Counted from the first letter of the stretch, positions 39,681 to 50,940 are shown. The stretch is 64,000 nucleotides of DNA from Sedimentisphaerales bacterium (GCA_963663965.2 CAXXFK010000010.1:224001-288000), one strand, 5' to 3'. Notes: generated by a model not told the origin, from the sequence alone. Made by a program: numbers and translations.

Positions 39681-41459
39681 ATGTCCAGCAGAAAACGCAA
39701 ATCCACAAAGAATGTCATTAAATTCCCCACAAATGAGCGAAATCGCTTGAAAAAATTTTTACTGGATTGTTTCCAACGCAACGATCACCCAACCCTCATT
39801 TGCCGGGACATCTACGAGACCTTTGACGATCCCGGCAAAGAACTCGCCGAATGCATTCTCAATGAACCGGATCTTACCGTTATGAATATTGCAACCTCCA
39901 CACTGATTCACGCCCTGACCAGTGATGAGATACCGGATTTCGCCTTTGAATTATATATCGATGGCGCCATTCCCATATTACAGGCGGCGTTATCCGATCC
40001 CAAAGTGCCAGACAGCAAAAAAATTACCGCCGGGAGCATCTGTTCGCTGGCCCAACCGGAAAACAACATTCAGGACTTGATGCTATCAAACCTCAAAGAT
40101 CCGGATGCCTTGAAAAACGCGGCCACGCAGCAATTGAGCGCGTTGCTTAAACCAGATCCATTCAGCCTGATGACCATTTTCAGCAGTATCCATTTATTGG
40201 ACGATGAGAATCCGTCGCGTCTCCAGATCATCGATAATTATAATGAAATCAAATTTTGCTATATGAGCATATGCCAGGTCGCACCTAATTGCCCGGAAGG
40301 AGCCGCAGCGGCACTCTGTTCAATAATCGCCTGTACGCTTCCACATCCGGATATCCCGGCCAGTGATGCCTTAGCCGCATTGGACACCCTTCGTGATTTG
40401 AATTCGTCTGTTGTAACCTGGTTTTTACGTGAATTAGCCGCATTACCGGCCGCCGGACAAATCGGATTCAAAGCCGGGGCTTACGCCGCCGCGATGGAAC
40501 GCGAAGGGATTCTGCCACATTTTGATCCCGGTTTTACTTTTAAAAAAGGGCAAATCAGCCAGATTGACGGAGATGGATCATTCTCGATCAGCCTGGAAAT
40601 TCATAAAAAGGGGAGCAAGAGAAAAACTGATTGCCTGGCTCTGCTGATCAATGATAAAATCGGATTGAAAGACATCTGGTTCGTTTCCGATGAAGGCTCC
40701 CAGCTGATGAAACAGTTTCATCAACAGCCGTCAAGTGCAGCATTCTACGATTGCTCGCTCGAGTTTGCGCTTCGTATGGTTGCCTGGGCCCTGGAAATCC
40801 ATAAACAAGCCAATGCCCCAATCCTTGGCGAATTTCTGATCAGTCGTATTTACCTGGGGGGCGATCCTATTCAACCACAGTCATTTGAACCGGATTTGAG
40901 CGCCTATCATCTCAGAGAATCCACTTTCCAAATGGAACTGGTCGCCTTGTCAACTCTATTAATGGATGAACCCACTTATAATACTTTCCTGTTTTTTTCC
41001 AATCATTCTTATAATTTTATCAAAGAATACGCCCCTAAACGGGGCCGGGCCTGCCTCAGTAAGAAAAAATTGGATCTCTATTGTGAACAGGTACTTCCCC
41101 ACGAAATTGAGATTCTTTTGCCTCGTATGGCCCAGAATCTTCAGCTTGAAGCCATGGCAGGACGGGTTGACAAAAAAATCAACCAAATCGCTGCACACAC
41201 CTGGTATGCTCTGAAAAACCAACTGATTCCATATACACAAATTCCATACATCATGGAAATGGTTCAGGATTCTATTCCCATGACGATAGAAAATGTCCGG
41301 GATGGTTTTTCCAATCAAAACGAAGCCAATCAAGCCTACATGAACGATAATCATACCGGACTGCTGGATGACGTGGATATGCTGGATTTTATCAAAGAGA
41401 TGATGGATGATTGGGACAACAACGACAATGAATTTCCACCATTCTCACCCTTAAAATAA
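39681..41459 (+). CDS. Hypothetical protein
   Basis: Long ORF of about 590 aa, start taken at MSSRKRK. No family recognised. Confidence 0.75.
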   Translation: MSSRKRKSTKNVIKFPTNERNRLKKFLLDCFQRNDHPTLICRDIYETFDDPGKELAECILNEPDLTVMNIATSTLIHALTSDEIPDFAFELYIDGAIPILQAALSDPKVPDSKKITAGSICSLAQPENNIQDLMLSNLKDPDALKNAATQQLSALLKPDPFSLMTIFSSIHLLDDENPSRLQIIDNYNEIKFCYMSICQVAPNCPEGAAAALCSIIACTLPHPDIPASDALAALDTLRDLNSSVVTWFLRELAALPAAGQIGFKAGAYAAAMEREGILPHFDPGFTFKKGQISQIDGDGSFSISLEIHKKGSKRKTDCLALLINDKIGLKDIWFVSDEGSQLMKQFHQQPSSAAFYDCSLEFALRMVAWALEIHKQANAPILGEFLISRIYLGGDPIQPQSFEPDLSAYHLRESTFQMELVALSTLLMDEPTYNTFLFFSNHSYNFIKEYAPKRGRACLSKKKLDLYCEQVLPHEIEILLPRMAQNLQLEAMAGRVDKKINQIAAHTWYALKNQLIPYTQIPYIMEMVQDSIPMTIENVRDGFSNQNEANQAYMNDNHTGLLDDVDMLDFIKEMMDDWDNNDNEFPPFSPLK

Positions 41460-41485
41460 AGACAATCACCCCCAAAACATCCGAA

Positions 41486-41514
41486 TTGACTTTTCATGGC
41501 TTCCCTGGTATAAT
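41486..41514 (+). promoter_or_regulatory. sigma70-type promoter
   Basis: TTGACT-17 nt-TATAAT. Confidence 0.65.
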
Positions 41515-41520
41515 ACTCCC

Positions 41521-42414
41521 ATGCTTGGAGAATGTAACATGTTTGCTGAAAACAAGTTATTGACATCCCTACTCTTATCCGCCGCTATCTTGATATTGGG
41601 ATGCCGAAATAGTACTATTGAACAATTGCGTAAAGAAAATCCCTTTACGCATGACCGAGCCAACCAGCCCCGTGAAATTCTTTATGTCACCTGCCGATAT
41701 ACCAGCATCGAATACCCCGGCTCTTATGAATTGATTACATCGTCCTTCTGGCAAACATATGAGCTGACACAATCCAATGCCATCGGGCATGAGGGTGTGG
41801 TTTCCGGCTTTGAACCAGACAGTATCGCCCGGTTAAATCGTAATGGCCTGAAAATAGCCATTGCGCCATTGAATCAATGGGAACCCCTCCGCCAGCAATT
41901 GATCAGTATAGCTGCTGTCGAATATCCTACCCGTATGGCGATGGTTCGCAATCTCTCGGAAGCAATCGAAAGCAATGGCTACTGGATCGATCATGAAAAG
42001 TCGCTATTTCTGAGATTAGACAAAACGCTTCGTGGCTACACCCTGCCTCCCGGCCAATGGCAATTTCGAACATCCTGCAACCCTGCTAATCCTGATGATC
42101 ATCAGACTAAAGCTGTTAACTTGAGAATTATCCCAACATTTCTATCAGTAACGTCTCAGCCATGGAAGATCAATCCTTCTTTACCAAGAACCGGCGATTT
42201 TGAATTAACGGCGTTCCCGGATCTGGCTTTAACCGGTCAGTTAAAAAACGGTTATTTTCTGGCGGCAACAGTCGATACCACCGACTTGCAAATCGACAAT
42301 CTGGGAAACCTGATATTAAAACAGCCGACTCCAGGTTCCAACCGACTGCTGATGGCATGGGCACCGATTGCCGATACCGCCGTAGAATCCCACCTCCAAC
42401 CCAACACACCTTGA
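41521..42414 (+). CDS. Hypothetical lipoprotein
   Basis: LLLSAAILILGC lipobox. True start may be the second Met. Confidence 0.75.
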   Translation: MLGECNMFAENKLLTSLLLSAAILILGCRNSTIEQLRKENPFTHDRANQPREILYVTCRYTSIEYPGSYELITSSFWQTYELTQSNAIGHEGVVSGFEPDSIARLNRNGLKIAIAPLNQWEPLRQQLISIAAVEYPTRMAMVRNLSEAIESNGYWIDHEKSLFLRLDKTLRGYTLPPGQWQFRTSCNPANPDDHQTKAVNLRIIPTFLSVTSQPWKINPSLPRTGDFELTAFPDLALTGQLKNGYFLAATVDTTDLQIDNLGNLILKQPTPGSNRLLMAWAPIADTAVESHLQPNTP

Positions 42415-42416
42415 TT

Positions 42417-43508
42417 ATGTCCTCTGAGAAAGATCCACATCCCTCATTTTATCAATATGTTTGCGACTGTTCCATTATGGCGGTTATCGGCGCGGACCTT
42501 AACGGGATTATTACCAGTTGGAATGCCATGACAACCCGGCTGTTCGGTTATGAACCGGCGGCGATGGTCGGTCAGCCCCTTTTCAAAATCGTAACGACAG
42601 ATCGGCAGAATTTTATGAAAGAGGCGATCCAGCGAGCCTTGGAACATCGCAAAAACAGTGAATTCGAAATCAGCCATCATGTACCGGCGACCGGCGACTC
42701 ATTTACTTTGCTGCTGGCAATTACACCTGTCATCGATCATCAGAATACGGTCCAGGGCCTGGCAGTCTGGGGCCGTGACATCTCCAACCGAAAAAGGCTA
42801 CAAGAACAACTGATCGAAGCGGAAAAAATGGCCTCACTGGGAACCCTCGCATCAGGCATCGCTCATCACTTTAATAATATTATTGGCGGCGTGGCGACCT
42901 TTGTCGATTACGCCTTGCAGTCCAGCAATCCGCAAGCCAGTCGACGCGCCCTGCAGATGACCGCAGAAGCCGCTGCCCGCGTAAGCCAGATCACCTCCTC
43001 ACTCTTAACGTTCGCTGAAGAAGATCGTCGTGATATGGATCTGGCCGACCTGACCGAAATTATCATGACTTTTTCTCATCTGGTTGAAGGGCCTCTCCGC
43101 GAAAAAAACATTACCCTGGAAATGCGGCTGCAACCGATACCGGTTTTTGAGGTTCCCGGTAATCGATTCCATAAACTCCTGGGCAATCTCCTTAGCAACG
43201 CCGAAGAAGCCATGAACCAGGGCGGATCTATCAAAATCGGGCTTGGCCGCAAAGACAATCTGGTCGTGATGACTTTTTCAGATACCGGCTGCGGCATCGC
43301 TCCTGAACATTTGCCCCACATATTCGAGCCGTTTTATACAACCCGTGGTGTCATGATGGGCGGCAACAATACCTCCAGCAGCGGCCTGGGGTTATCCGTT
43401 GTCCATGGCATTATTAAAGATCTGGGCGGCACTATTCAGGTCCAGAGTCACCTAAATCAGGGCACTTGTTTTACGATTTATTTCCCTTGCGAAAAATCCG
43501 GAACCTGA
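42417..43508 (+). CDS. PAS-domain sensor histidine kinase (NtrB-like)
   Basis: PAS (ITSWN..LFGY), EKMASLGTLASGIAHHFNN, NLLSNA, DTGCGI, IFEPFYTT, GLGLS. Start taken at MSSEK. Confidence 0.92.
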   Translation: MSSEKDPHPSFYQYVCDCSIMAVIGADLNGIITSWNAMTTRLFGYEPAAMVGQPLFKIVTTDRQNFMKEAIQRALEHRKNSEFEISHHVPATGDSFTLLLAITPVIDHQNTVQGLAVWGRDISNRKRLQEQLIEAEKMASLGTLASGIAHHFNNIIGGVATFVDYALQSSNPQASRRALQMTAEAAARVSQITSSLLTFAEEDRRDMDLADLTEIIMTFSHLVEGPLREKNITLEMRLQPIPVFEVPGNRFHKLLGNLLSNAEEAMNQGGSIKIGLGRKDNLVVMTFSDTGCGIAPEHLPHIFEPFYTTRGVMMGGNNTSSSGLGLSVVHGIIKDLGGTIQVQSHLNQGTCFTIYFPCEKSGT

Positions 43509-43515
43509 CCGCGCC

Positions 43516-44391
43516 ATGCCGCATACCAAAAAACAAATTATCGATTTGCTCCAGGAAAACGAACTCTCGCCCCGCCACCGGTTCGGCCAGAATTTCCTGA
43601 TCGACCTCAATCTGATGCGTTTGTTTGTCGACGCGGCCAATCTACAGGGCAATGAAGTCGTACTCGAAGTGGGCCACGGCACTGGATCCATGACTGATTT
43701 GATCGCCGGTCGCTCCGGGGCAGTGATCGCCGTCGATATCGACGAAGGATTAAGCCGGGTCGCCCGTACGGCATTAGCATCGCATCGCAATATCGAATTT
43801 TTCTGTTGCGACATCCTGGCGTCCAAAAGCCGCATTCAACCGGATATCATTGAGCGAATTATTTCATTACAATCCCGGTTTAACGGTCCTTTTTACCTGA
43901 TCGCCAACCTGCCATATAGTATCTCCTCTCCGTTGCTGATTGATTTACTTTTGCTGAATCGACCACCTGACGCCATGTGGATAACGATTCAGGAAGAAGT
44001 AGCCCGACGGATACTGGCCACCCCGGATGATGGTAAGATATACGGCACACTGGGAATCATACTCCAGGTGGCCGGCACTCCCGAATTAATCCGTATCCTG
44101 CCGCCGCATGTTTTCTGGCCTCAACCACAGGTTCATTCTGCGATGGTTCAATGGCGTCGGGATATCGAATCTCCCTTGACCACCGAGGCGCTGCATTCGC
44201 TCAGGCAGACCATTGAAACTCTGTTCATTCACCGCCGCAAAACCATCGGCCACAATCTCGCCAGACATCCCAACAAAGAGACAATCCTGAAACACCTGCG
44301 CACGATGAATATCCTTCCTGATCGGCGGGCCGAAACCCTTTCTCCCCAACAATTCGCGGAATTAGCCCACACCGGCTTATTCGAATCCTGA
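43516..44391 (+). CDS. rsmA: 16S rRNA dimethyladenosine transferase
   Basis: FGQNFLID, LEVGHGTG, ANLPYSIS, FWPQPQVHS, RRKT, RAETLS. Confidence 0.95.
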   Translation: MPHTKKQIIDLLQENELSPRHRFGQNFLIDLNLMRLFVDAANLQGNEVVLEVGHGTGSMTDLIAGRSGAVIAVDIDEGLSRVARTALASHRNIEFFCCDILASKSRIQPDIIERIISLQSRFNGPFYLIANLPYSISSPLLIDLLLLNRPPDAMWITIQEEVARRILATPDDGKIYGTLGIILQVAGTPELIRILPPHVFWPQPQVHSAMVQWRRDIESPLTTEALHSLRQTIETLFIHRRKTIGHNLARHPNKETILKHLRTMNILPDRRAETLSPQQFAELAHTGLFES

Positions 44392-44396
44392 CACGA

Positions 44397-44936
44397 CTAC
44401 ACCTCCAAATAACCTTTCCATATCAGATAAGTCCGTACACCTTCCCGGGTTGATGGAAACGCGATTGTTTTCAGATCGATTTGCTGCGGTTCATACCACT
44501 CAAAACCCGCCACATCATCCCGGGCAGCGATACCGGATATATCCGTCAAATTACAATAAAAGATCACATCCAGAACCGGATATTCTATATTTTCATATTC
44601 ATAAAGATTGGGTGCCGTTGTCAGAAATTCAGGGTTCTCAATTTTTAAATTCAATTCTTCCTGTACCTCCCGGATCAAACCCGTTTCGGCTGATTCATGA
44701 TAATCAATAAACCCACCCGGCAAATCCAACCCACCCTTACATGGCTCTTTTGCTCGCTTGGTTAACAGAATGTTATCCTGATATTCCAGAATAACTGCGG
44801 CGGCCGCTGCAACATTATGATAATACACAAAACCGCAGTCCAGGCAATAAATTGCCTTGCCTTCCCTGACCTGCATGTTCATACTGGAACATTTGGGGCA
44901 ATATTTAAAATTTCTCTTGAACATATTCCACATCAT
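44397..44936 (-). CDS. NUDIX hydrolase with N-terminal Zn ribbon
   Basis: YCPKC..CLDC; LPGGFIDYHESAETGLIREVQEE Nudix box. Confidence 0.9.
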   Translation of the reverse strand: MMWNMFKRNFKYCPKCSSMNMQVREGKAIYCLDCGFVYYHNVAAAAAVILEYQDNILLTKRAKEPCKGGLDLPGGFIDYHESAETGLIREVQEELNLKIENPEFLTTAPNLYEYENIEYPVLDVIFYCNLTDISGIAARDDVAGFEWYEPQQIDLKTIAFPSTREGVRTYLIWKGYLEV

Positions 44937-44939
44937 GGG

Positions 44940-47900
44940 TCACTTTCTATCATTCGATTTATCAGGGATCGGAATTGTAAATTTAATCGTAGATCCATAT
45001 CCCAATCCTTCCGATTCCGCCCATATCGTCCCGCCATGGGTTTCAATAATCCGCTTGACGATCGCCAGACCGATCCCTGATCCTTCAGTACTTCTATCCA
45101 GTTTCTCAAAGAGACCAAAGATTTTCGTCAGATAAGGCCCATCGATCCCGATGCCATTATCTCGTACCCAGAACAGGTAATGGGTTTCCCGAGTTTCATA
45201 TCCAATTGCGATTGCGGGATGAGCCTGATCACCCATATATTTCATGGCGTTACTGATCACATTCTGCATCGCCTCAATTAATCGTTGACGATCGACATAA
45301 ACGACCGGCAAAGACGGGGCTATTTCGAACTCGATCTCATGTCGGCTCAACTCACCATGCAGCATCATTTTGACATCTTCGATAATTTCATTGAAATCGA
45401 CCGATTCATAATCGTTCACCAAACGGCCAATCCGGGATAATTCCAGCAAATCATTTAAAACCGCGTACATCTGATCCACGGCTTTTTTGATTGTTTCATG
45501 AAATTCAACCAACTCTCCATAGCGACCCTTGTTGATACTTTCAAGCATCAATCCGGAAAATCCACTGATAGTAATTAACGGAGATTTCAAATCATGCGAC
45601 ACAGAATAGACAAATTGTTCCAGTTCCCGGTTCTTGTCTTCCAACTGGGCAATCAGCGCTTCCCGTTCCCGGCGTTGATTTTTCCAATCGGTAATCTCCT
45701 GCAGCATACCGATCACAGAAACTGTTTTACCACGGCTATCGACCTCGGCGTCCGTCTGGCAATGCAGCCAGATTTCGCGACTGGATTGACCGATATGCAA
45801 TCGAAATTCCATCTCCCAGGATTTCGACTCGTCAATGGTCCATTGGATCAGGCGCTGTAATTCGGCCCGATCTTCATAATGAACCATATCCAGCCAACCA
45901 GCCAGACTGCTTATCTCGTGATCCAATCCCAACGCATAGCGAATGGTATCCGCCAGATAAAACTCCCCGGTTTCCGGGCGATAATAATAATTACCCATGC
46001 GCGCGATCGATTGCGCTTTATATAACGCATCCTGACTATTTTTCAGAATACGCTCGGCTTCAATCTCTTCCGTAATATCTTCTACGATCGCAATAACTTT
46101 GTCAACCTGCCCTCCCTCGCCCAGTATCGGTGCGGCATTAATCGATAACAATCGACGTTTACCCAAACTATCCTCTATCGCATGTCGGCCATCAATCACC
46201 ATCCGGCCGGTACGTTTCACGATATGAAATGGTAACTGTTCAACATCAATCGAACGACCGGTCTGATCCACGATCTTCCATTGGGGTGAATTGTATTTCA
46301 GTTGCGTAATATTATCCCGGGTCAAACCCAGTACCTCTTCGGCGCGTGCGTTGGCAAATTCAATATCGCCCTGACTATTAAGAATGGTGATTCCCGCCGG
46401 ACTGGCTTCCATGATTCGCTCAAGAATATCACGTTCTGACCGTAATTCAGACTCAGCCTGTTTCAATTCAGTAATATCCGTGACAATCCCATCAAGCGCG
46501 GTTGGACGGCCAGCATTATCTTTGACCAGCGTGTTACGCTGAAACAACCACTTGATCTGGCCTGATTTTGTGATAATTTGATATTCATACGTATCCGGAA
46601 TATCCCCTTGTAACAGTCGCGCCCATTGTATCGCGAAATAATCGCGCCAGTTGGGATGTATCAAATCCTGAACCTTTTTCGGGTTTTCATACCACTCTTG
46701 AGGTTGATACCCGGTAATCTGTTCCACTGCCGGACTGACATAGATATAACTGCCATCCGGAATTGACATGCGATAAATGATATCACGGGCATTTTCTGTC
46801 AAACGGCGAAAGCGCAACTCGCTCTCCCTCAGGGCAAACTGGGTTTCTTTTTGCCTGGTTAACAATCGAATGAGTACAACAATAAACATTACCAATACTA
46901 TCAGCACAATACTGGTAGCCCAGATCAACTCCCGATAAGATTCATACAAGGAAAAAGGTTTAAACTTAATGACCGTACCCGGTGGCAGTGATTCGGGTGG
47001 GATTCCAAATCTTTTCATCTGGCGATAATCGATCATCGGGATATTTGGGCTTTCTTCAACGATGGGAATAGTATCCGGCGACTCCCCAGCCAGGATTCTT
47101 TTCGCCAGATCAGCCGCCATACGCCCATGCGCCTCGCCGCTGATCATAATCCCACCTACGATTCCAGTCCCCAAATAATGCTCCCAGAATGAAAATATAG
47201 GCGCTGAACTGTTCTCACTCAGCAATCGGATAAAATTCGAAGTGCTGTAATAATGCCCGTCCGCATCATGATGATAGGTAAAGACCAGAATACCGGTATC
47301 AGATCCTAAACGGCTCAGACGCTGTTTCATCTCAATTAAGGGAATCTCACGAATGACCTCGAAATCAATCTGATCATGGTAATGCAGGGCTACTGTTTCA
47401 AACCGCGCCTGATTGTTCAATCCGGTCGGTGTCTCATCGTTGACAACGACAAACCGTTTAATTTCCGGTTTGGCTGCCAACGCAAACTCTATCGTACCGG
47501 CAATATCCAATTCTTCAATGACACCGGTAATTTGAGTCTGATTCCGTAATAAAGCGCGGCTGAAATTATTGATACCACAAAAAACTATTGGGACACCGGA
47601 AAACAGCTTTTCACGTCTTGTCAATACGAAATCCAAGGCATTATTGTCGCAAACGACCAGCACATCAATGGGAGCCTGCTGATATTTTTTCTGATACAAC
47701 TTTTCGAGCAAATCATAATAATCCGGCGGTGGAAACCGTTTGGTATCCATATATTCCACGGATAATTCGACATCACTCTGCTTCTCCAAACTGTCCAGAA
47801 AGCCTCTGGTTACTCCATCAGTCCACTCCAAACCTTCATGATAGGCCTGCAACAGCAAAATATGATAGACATCATGATCGACTTGCCCCTGTACGAAATT

Positions 47901-48014
47901 TGCCCAATAAAGCAAATTAAGCCAGACAATTCCATAATTTATCAATATACGAATGGTTTTGTTTCTGGTCATCAGCGTATGATCCAGCAAAAAATAAACA
48001 CAACAAAATCTCAT
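44940..48014 (-). CDS. Sensor histidine kinase: periplasmic ABC-substrate-binding-like domain plus multiple PAS domains
   Basis: VEYMDTKR periplasmic domain, TM helix, PAS domains, VSHDLKSP, DNGIGI, GSGIGL. Confidence 0.92.
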   Translation of the reverse strand: MRFCCVYFLLDHTLMTRNKTIRILINYGIVWLNLLYWANFVQGQVDHDVYHILLLQAYHEGLEWTDGVTRGFLDSLEKQSDVELSVEYMDTKRFPPPDYYDLLEKLYQKKYQQAPIDVLVVCDNNALDFVLTRREKLFSGVPIVFCGINNFSRALLRNQTQITGVIEELDIAGTIEFALAAKPEIKRFVVVNDETPTGLNNQARFETVALHYHDQIDFEVIREIPLIEMKQRLSRLGSDTGILVFTYHHDADGHYYSTSNFIRLLSENSSAPIFSFWEHYLGTGIVGGIMISGEAHGRMAADLAKRILAGESPDTIPIVEESPNIPMIDYRQMKRFGIPPESLPPGTVIKFKPFSLYESYRELIWATSIVLIVLVMFIVVLIRLLTRQKETQFALRESELRFRRLTENARDIIYRMSIPDGSYIYVSPAVEQITGYQPQEWYENPKKVQDLIHPNWRDYFAIQWARLLQGDIPDTYEYQIITKSGQIKWLFQRNTLVKDNAGRPTALDGIVTDITELKQAESELRSERDILERIMEASPAGITILNSQGDIEFANARAEEVLGLTRDNITQLKYNSPQWKIVDQTGRSIDVEQLPFHIVKRTGRMVIDGRHAIEDSLGKRRLLSINAAPILGEGGQVDKVIAIVEDITEEIEAERILKNSQDALYKAQSIARMGNYYYRPETGEFYLADTIRYALGLDHEISSLAGWLDMVHYEDRAELQRLIQWTIDESKSWEMEFRLHIGQSSREIWLHCQTDAEVDSRGKTVSVIGMLQEITDWKNQRREREALIAQLEDKNRELEQFVYSVSHDLKSPLITISGFSGLMLESINKGRYGELVEFHETIKKAVDQMYAVLNDLLELSRIGRLVNDYESVDFNEIIEDVKMMLHGELSRHEIEFEIAPSLPVVYVDRQRLIEAMQNVISNAMKYMGDQAHPAIAIGYETRETHYLFWVRDNGIGIDGPYLTKIFGLFEKLDRSTEGSGIGLAIVKRIIETHGGTIWAESEGLGYGSTIKFTIPIPDKSNDRK

Positions 48015-48166
48015 TGATTTATCGACTTATTGTTAACCTGGCTTCATAATCATCCGGTTTTCATTAATCCACAAGCCGAAATTCCTGTAAATCCGATATA
48101 ATGGCAAACGGTCATCCTCTGGGAACGTCCATCGCTAAGACCTTATTGTCAATCATGATAACCTGA

Positions 48167-49123
48167 TTATCCCGGCTTAACCATTAAAAAATTAATCGCC
48201 CAGATCGCCAGTGAAATCCCAATCAAACAGACTCCTTCTAACCGGGATACTTTCCAACCTGTACGCATAAATACGATTACCAGTAAAGTCAGTGGAGCCA
48301 GCAGAATAATACTGAGACGAGCTTCAGAATCAATTTGCATACCTCGAATCACCCCGGCCACTCCCAGTACACCCAGAGTATTAAAAATATTACTGCCAAT
48401 CAGATTGCCCGCAGAAATACCATGCTGTTTCTTAATGATCGCCACCAGCGATACCACCAGTTCAGGAATCGATGTCCCCGCTGCTACGACTGTCATGGCT
48501 ATAACCCACTCTGCCATGCCAAAAAATCGTGCCAGTCCAACAGCGCCTTCCACCAGAAAATGCCCCCCACACACAATAAAAACTAATCCCAGCAAAAACA
48601 GAAACACATCTTTTATACCGGCCGGTTCATGGCTGACCTCTTCTTCAATTGCCATTTCCTTCTGGTATAACAAGTATCCCAGGTATACCACGAGCAGCAC
48701 AACCAGCGCCAGACTCTCGACTCGAGTTAACTGCAAATCCCACAGGAAATAAAGAGCCAGTACTGTAATCGCCAGCAAACTTAAACCATCCCGCCAGACC
48801 AGACTGGCACGGGTCTTAACTGTACTGAAAATCGCACATACCCCCAATATCACCCCAATATTAAACAGATTCGATCCAATCACATTGCCAACCGAGATAT
48901 CCCCGGTCCCCTTAATCGCTCCCACGATGGTTACGGCAAATTCAGGCGCTGAAGTGCCAAAAGCCACTATGGTCAACCCAATGACCAGATCCGATATCCC
49001 AAAACGATGGGCAATCCGTGCCGCAGAATCGACCAGCCAGGCCGCGCCTTTTCCCAGGACAAAACAACTAAAAATAATAAAAACTATGTCGCGAATTGTA
49101 CTCACTATGAACTTCACTTTCAA
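48167..49123 (-). CDS. Calcium/sodium antiporter (YrbG-like)
   Basis: GTSAPE and GTSIPE alpha repeats; GNVIGSN and GNLIGSN. Confidence 0.93.
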   Translation of the reverse strand: MKVKFIVSTIRDIVFIIFSCFVLGKGAAWLVDSAARIAHRFGISDLVIGLTIVAFGTSAPEFAVTIVGAIKGTGDISVGNVIGSNLFNIGVILGVCAIFSTVKTRASLVWRDGLSLLAITVLALYFLWDLQLTRVESLALVVLLVVYLGYLLYQKEMAIEEEVSHEPAGIKDVFLFLLGLVFIVCGGHFLVEGAVGLARFFGMAEWVIAMTVVAAGTSIPELVVSLVAIIKKQHGISAGNLIGSNIFNTLGVLGVAGVIRGMQIDSEARLSIILLAPLTLLVIVFMRTGWKVSRLEGVCLIGISLAIWAINFLMVKPG

Positions 49124-49345
49124 AAAACATCAGTATTATTTTGATCAAAATAGATATATTAGCCTGACAAATCCGTCAAACCAAATATAAAACAGCCATC
49201 TATAAAGTCGTAGTTATAGAATGATAGTCTGTTTATCCTGATAAAATACTTCGTTAATTTATCCTAAATTTTTAGATTATCCGATATTGAAATATAAGTA
49301 TCGATAAATTGCGTAATGTATTTTAAATTAATCGATTAAGTTTTT

Positions 49346-50203
49346 ATGCACAATTATCTGCAACAATTTCAACAAGCCTGCCTCGAAGCATCAACCATGG
49401 CCTTGATACTTTCCGGAGTTGTGATAACCTTCTTCGGGTTATTTCTCTGGCTGGGAGGAGCACGCTATGCCGGATTCGTGGTGGGGTTGCTCGGCGCAGG
49501 GATTGGTACTTTGATTGGCGGGGCCGCCGCCTCATTTATGAATATCAATCCATTAGCGGCTATGGCTATATGCGCTGTCCTGTTCGCTATTACTTCCATC
49601 CTGTTGAAAAAAATTATTATTGTTATTCTGGCAATTATTATTTTTTCAATATTAAGCCTAACTGGTTATCTGGGTTACGCTTTTGACTGGTCCGCCCAAC
49701 ACGCTAATACTGATTCACATCTTACTGAAACAGTAAACGAGGTTAATAATCGGATTCAATCTTTCCAGAATAGCGCTCCTGATGAGAAAATTGATCAGTT
49801 CCTGGATATGTCAACCGAAACCCAGCAAAAAGTCCAATCCTTCTGGGGAAAAATAAGAGAAATATTTTACAATATGAAGCCATCCCTGACACAGAATACC
49901 CTGACATTGATTCTTATATGTCTGGCGGGTGCTCTGATTGGGTTTATACTGGCTAAATTACTTAAAACTCTGGTTATGTCCCTTTGCTGCAGTATTGTTG
50001 GATCCACCTCCATCATCCTGGGTGTACTACTGCTTGTATTCGCCAAGGGAATAGCTGCTATCGATGCCGTTAATAAACACCCAAAATTCATGCCCACTTT
50101 ATTTGGCATCATGGTTATCATCGGGTGGTTGATCCAGATTATTATCACCGGTAGTAATAAGAAAAAAATCGTTAAATCCGCTGAAAATACGGAGGATCAA
50201 TAA
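49346..50203 (+). CDS. Gly-rich multi-pass membrane protein (DUF4203-like)
   Basis: Multiple TM helices, GLFLWLGG, soluble central loop. Confidence 0.7.
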   Translation: MHNYLQQFQQACLEASTMALILSGVVITFFGLFLWLGGARYAGFVVGLLGAGIGTLIGGAAASFMNINPLAAMAICAVLFAITSILLKKIIIVILAIIIFSILSLTGYLGYAFDWSAQHANTDSHLTETVNEVNNRIQSFQNSAPDEKIDQFLDMSTETQQKVQSFWGKIREIFYNMKPSLTQNTLTLILICLAGALIGFILAKLLKTLVMSLCCSIVGSTSIILGVLLLVFAKGIAAIDAVNKHPKFMPTLFGIMVIIGWLIQIIITGSNKKKIVKSAENTEDQ

Positions 50204-50940
50204 TGAACCCATTCCTAATCCTGGCTCAAAATGCTGCAAATGCCAATAATGGCAGTACCGATACCATCAATTCGTTCATGATCAATCCTGAATATCATCT
50301 GAACAACATCTGGAACACCATTTCAGCGTTGCCATGGAAACATGCTGTCATATGTGTCGCATTTGCAAGCATTTATCTGTTTTATGGCTGGCGAATATTC
50401 CGCCTGCTGGTCATCATCAATGTTTCGCTTTTTGGCCTGTGGGCAGGACAACTTGTTGGAACGAAACTTTCATTTGAAGGTTCTCACCTGATCTTGGGCA
50501 TACTGGGGGCCTTTCTAGGTGGTCTGGCGGCCTGGACTTTGATGAAATATATGGTTTCTGCCATGGGGGCAATGGCCGGTGCAGTACTGGGTGCGGCGGC
50601 CTGGCAGGCTGCCACTTTGCCGTCTGAATTGCTCTGGGTCGGTGGTCTGGTAGGACTGGTAGCCGGTGGGTTTCTAGCCTTTTCCTCGTATAAAATTTCA
50701 ATTATGCTATTTTCCTCGCTCCAAGGTGCATTGCTATTTTCACTAGGTGCTCTTACTCTGGTAAAAAATTCACCCGGTATCGATCCTGAGCGGATGAAGA
50801 CGATACTAGTTGACAATGTTTTTCTATTGCCCGCTATACTGATTATCCCTACAATGATAGGATTGTTTGTCCAGAACAAAATGTTTAAAGAGAATAAAAA
50901 CTGGTCAATGCCAGATCAGGAAGGATTCAAACGAAATTAA
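50203..50940 (+). CDS. DUF4203-like multi-pass membrane protein
   Basis: YLFYGWRIFR, GxxG-rich helices, SSLQGA, IGLFVQ; TAATG coupling with the upstream gene. Confidence 0.75.
   Translation: MNPFLILAQNAANANNGSTDTINSFMINPEYHLNNIWNTISALPWKHAVICVAFASIYLFYGWRIFRLLVIINVSLFGLWAGQLVGTKLSFEGSHLILGILGAFLGGLAAWTLMKYMVSAMGAMAGAVLGAAAWQAATLPSELLWVGGLVGLVAGGFLAFSSYKISIMLFSSLQGALLFSLGALTLVKNSPGIDPERMKTILVDNVFLLPAILIIPTMIGLFVQNKMFKENKNWSMPDQEGFKRN

Noticed and set aside
38542..39708. 388-aa minus-strand ORF
   Set aside because: Antisense shadow of pckG.
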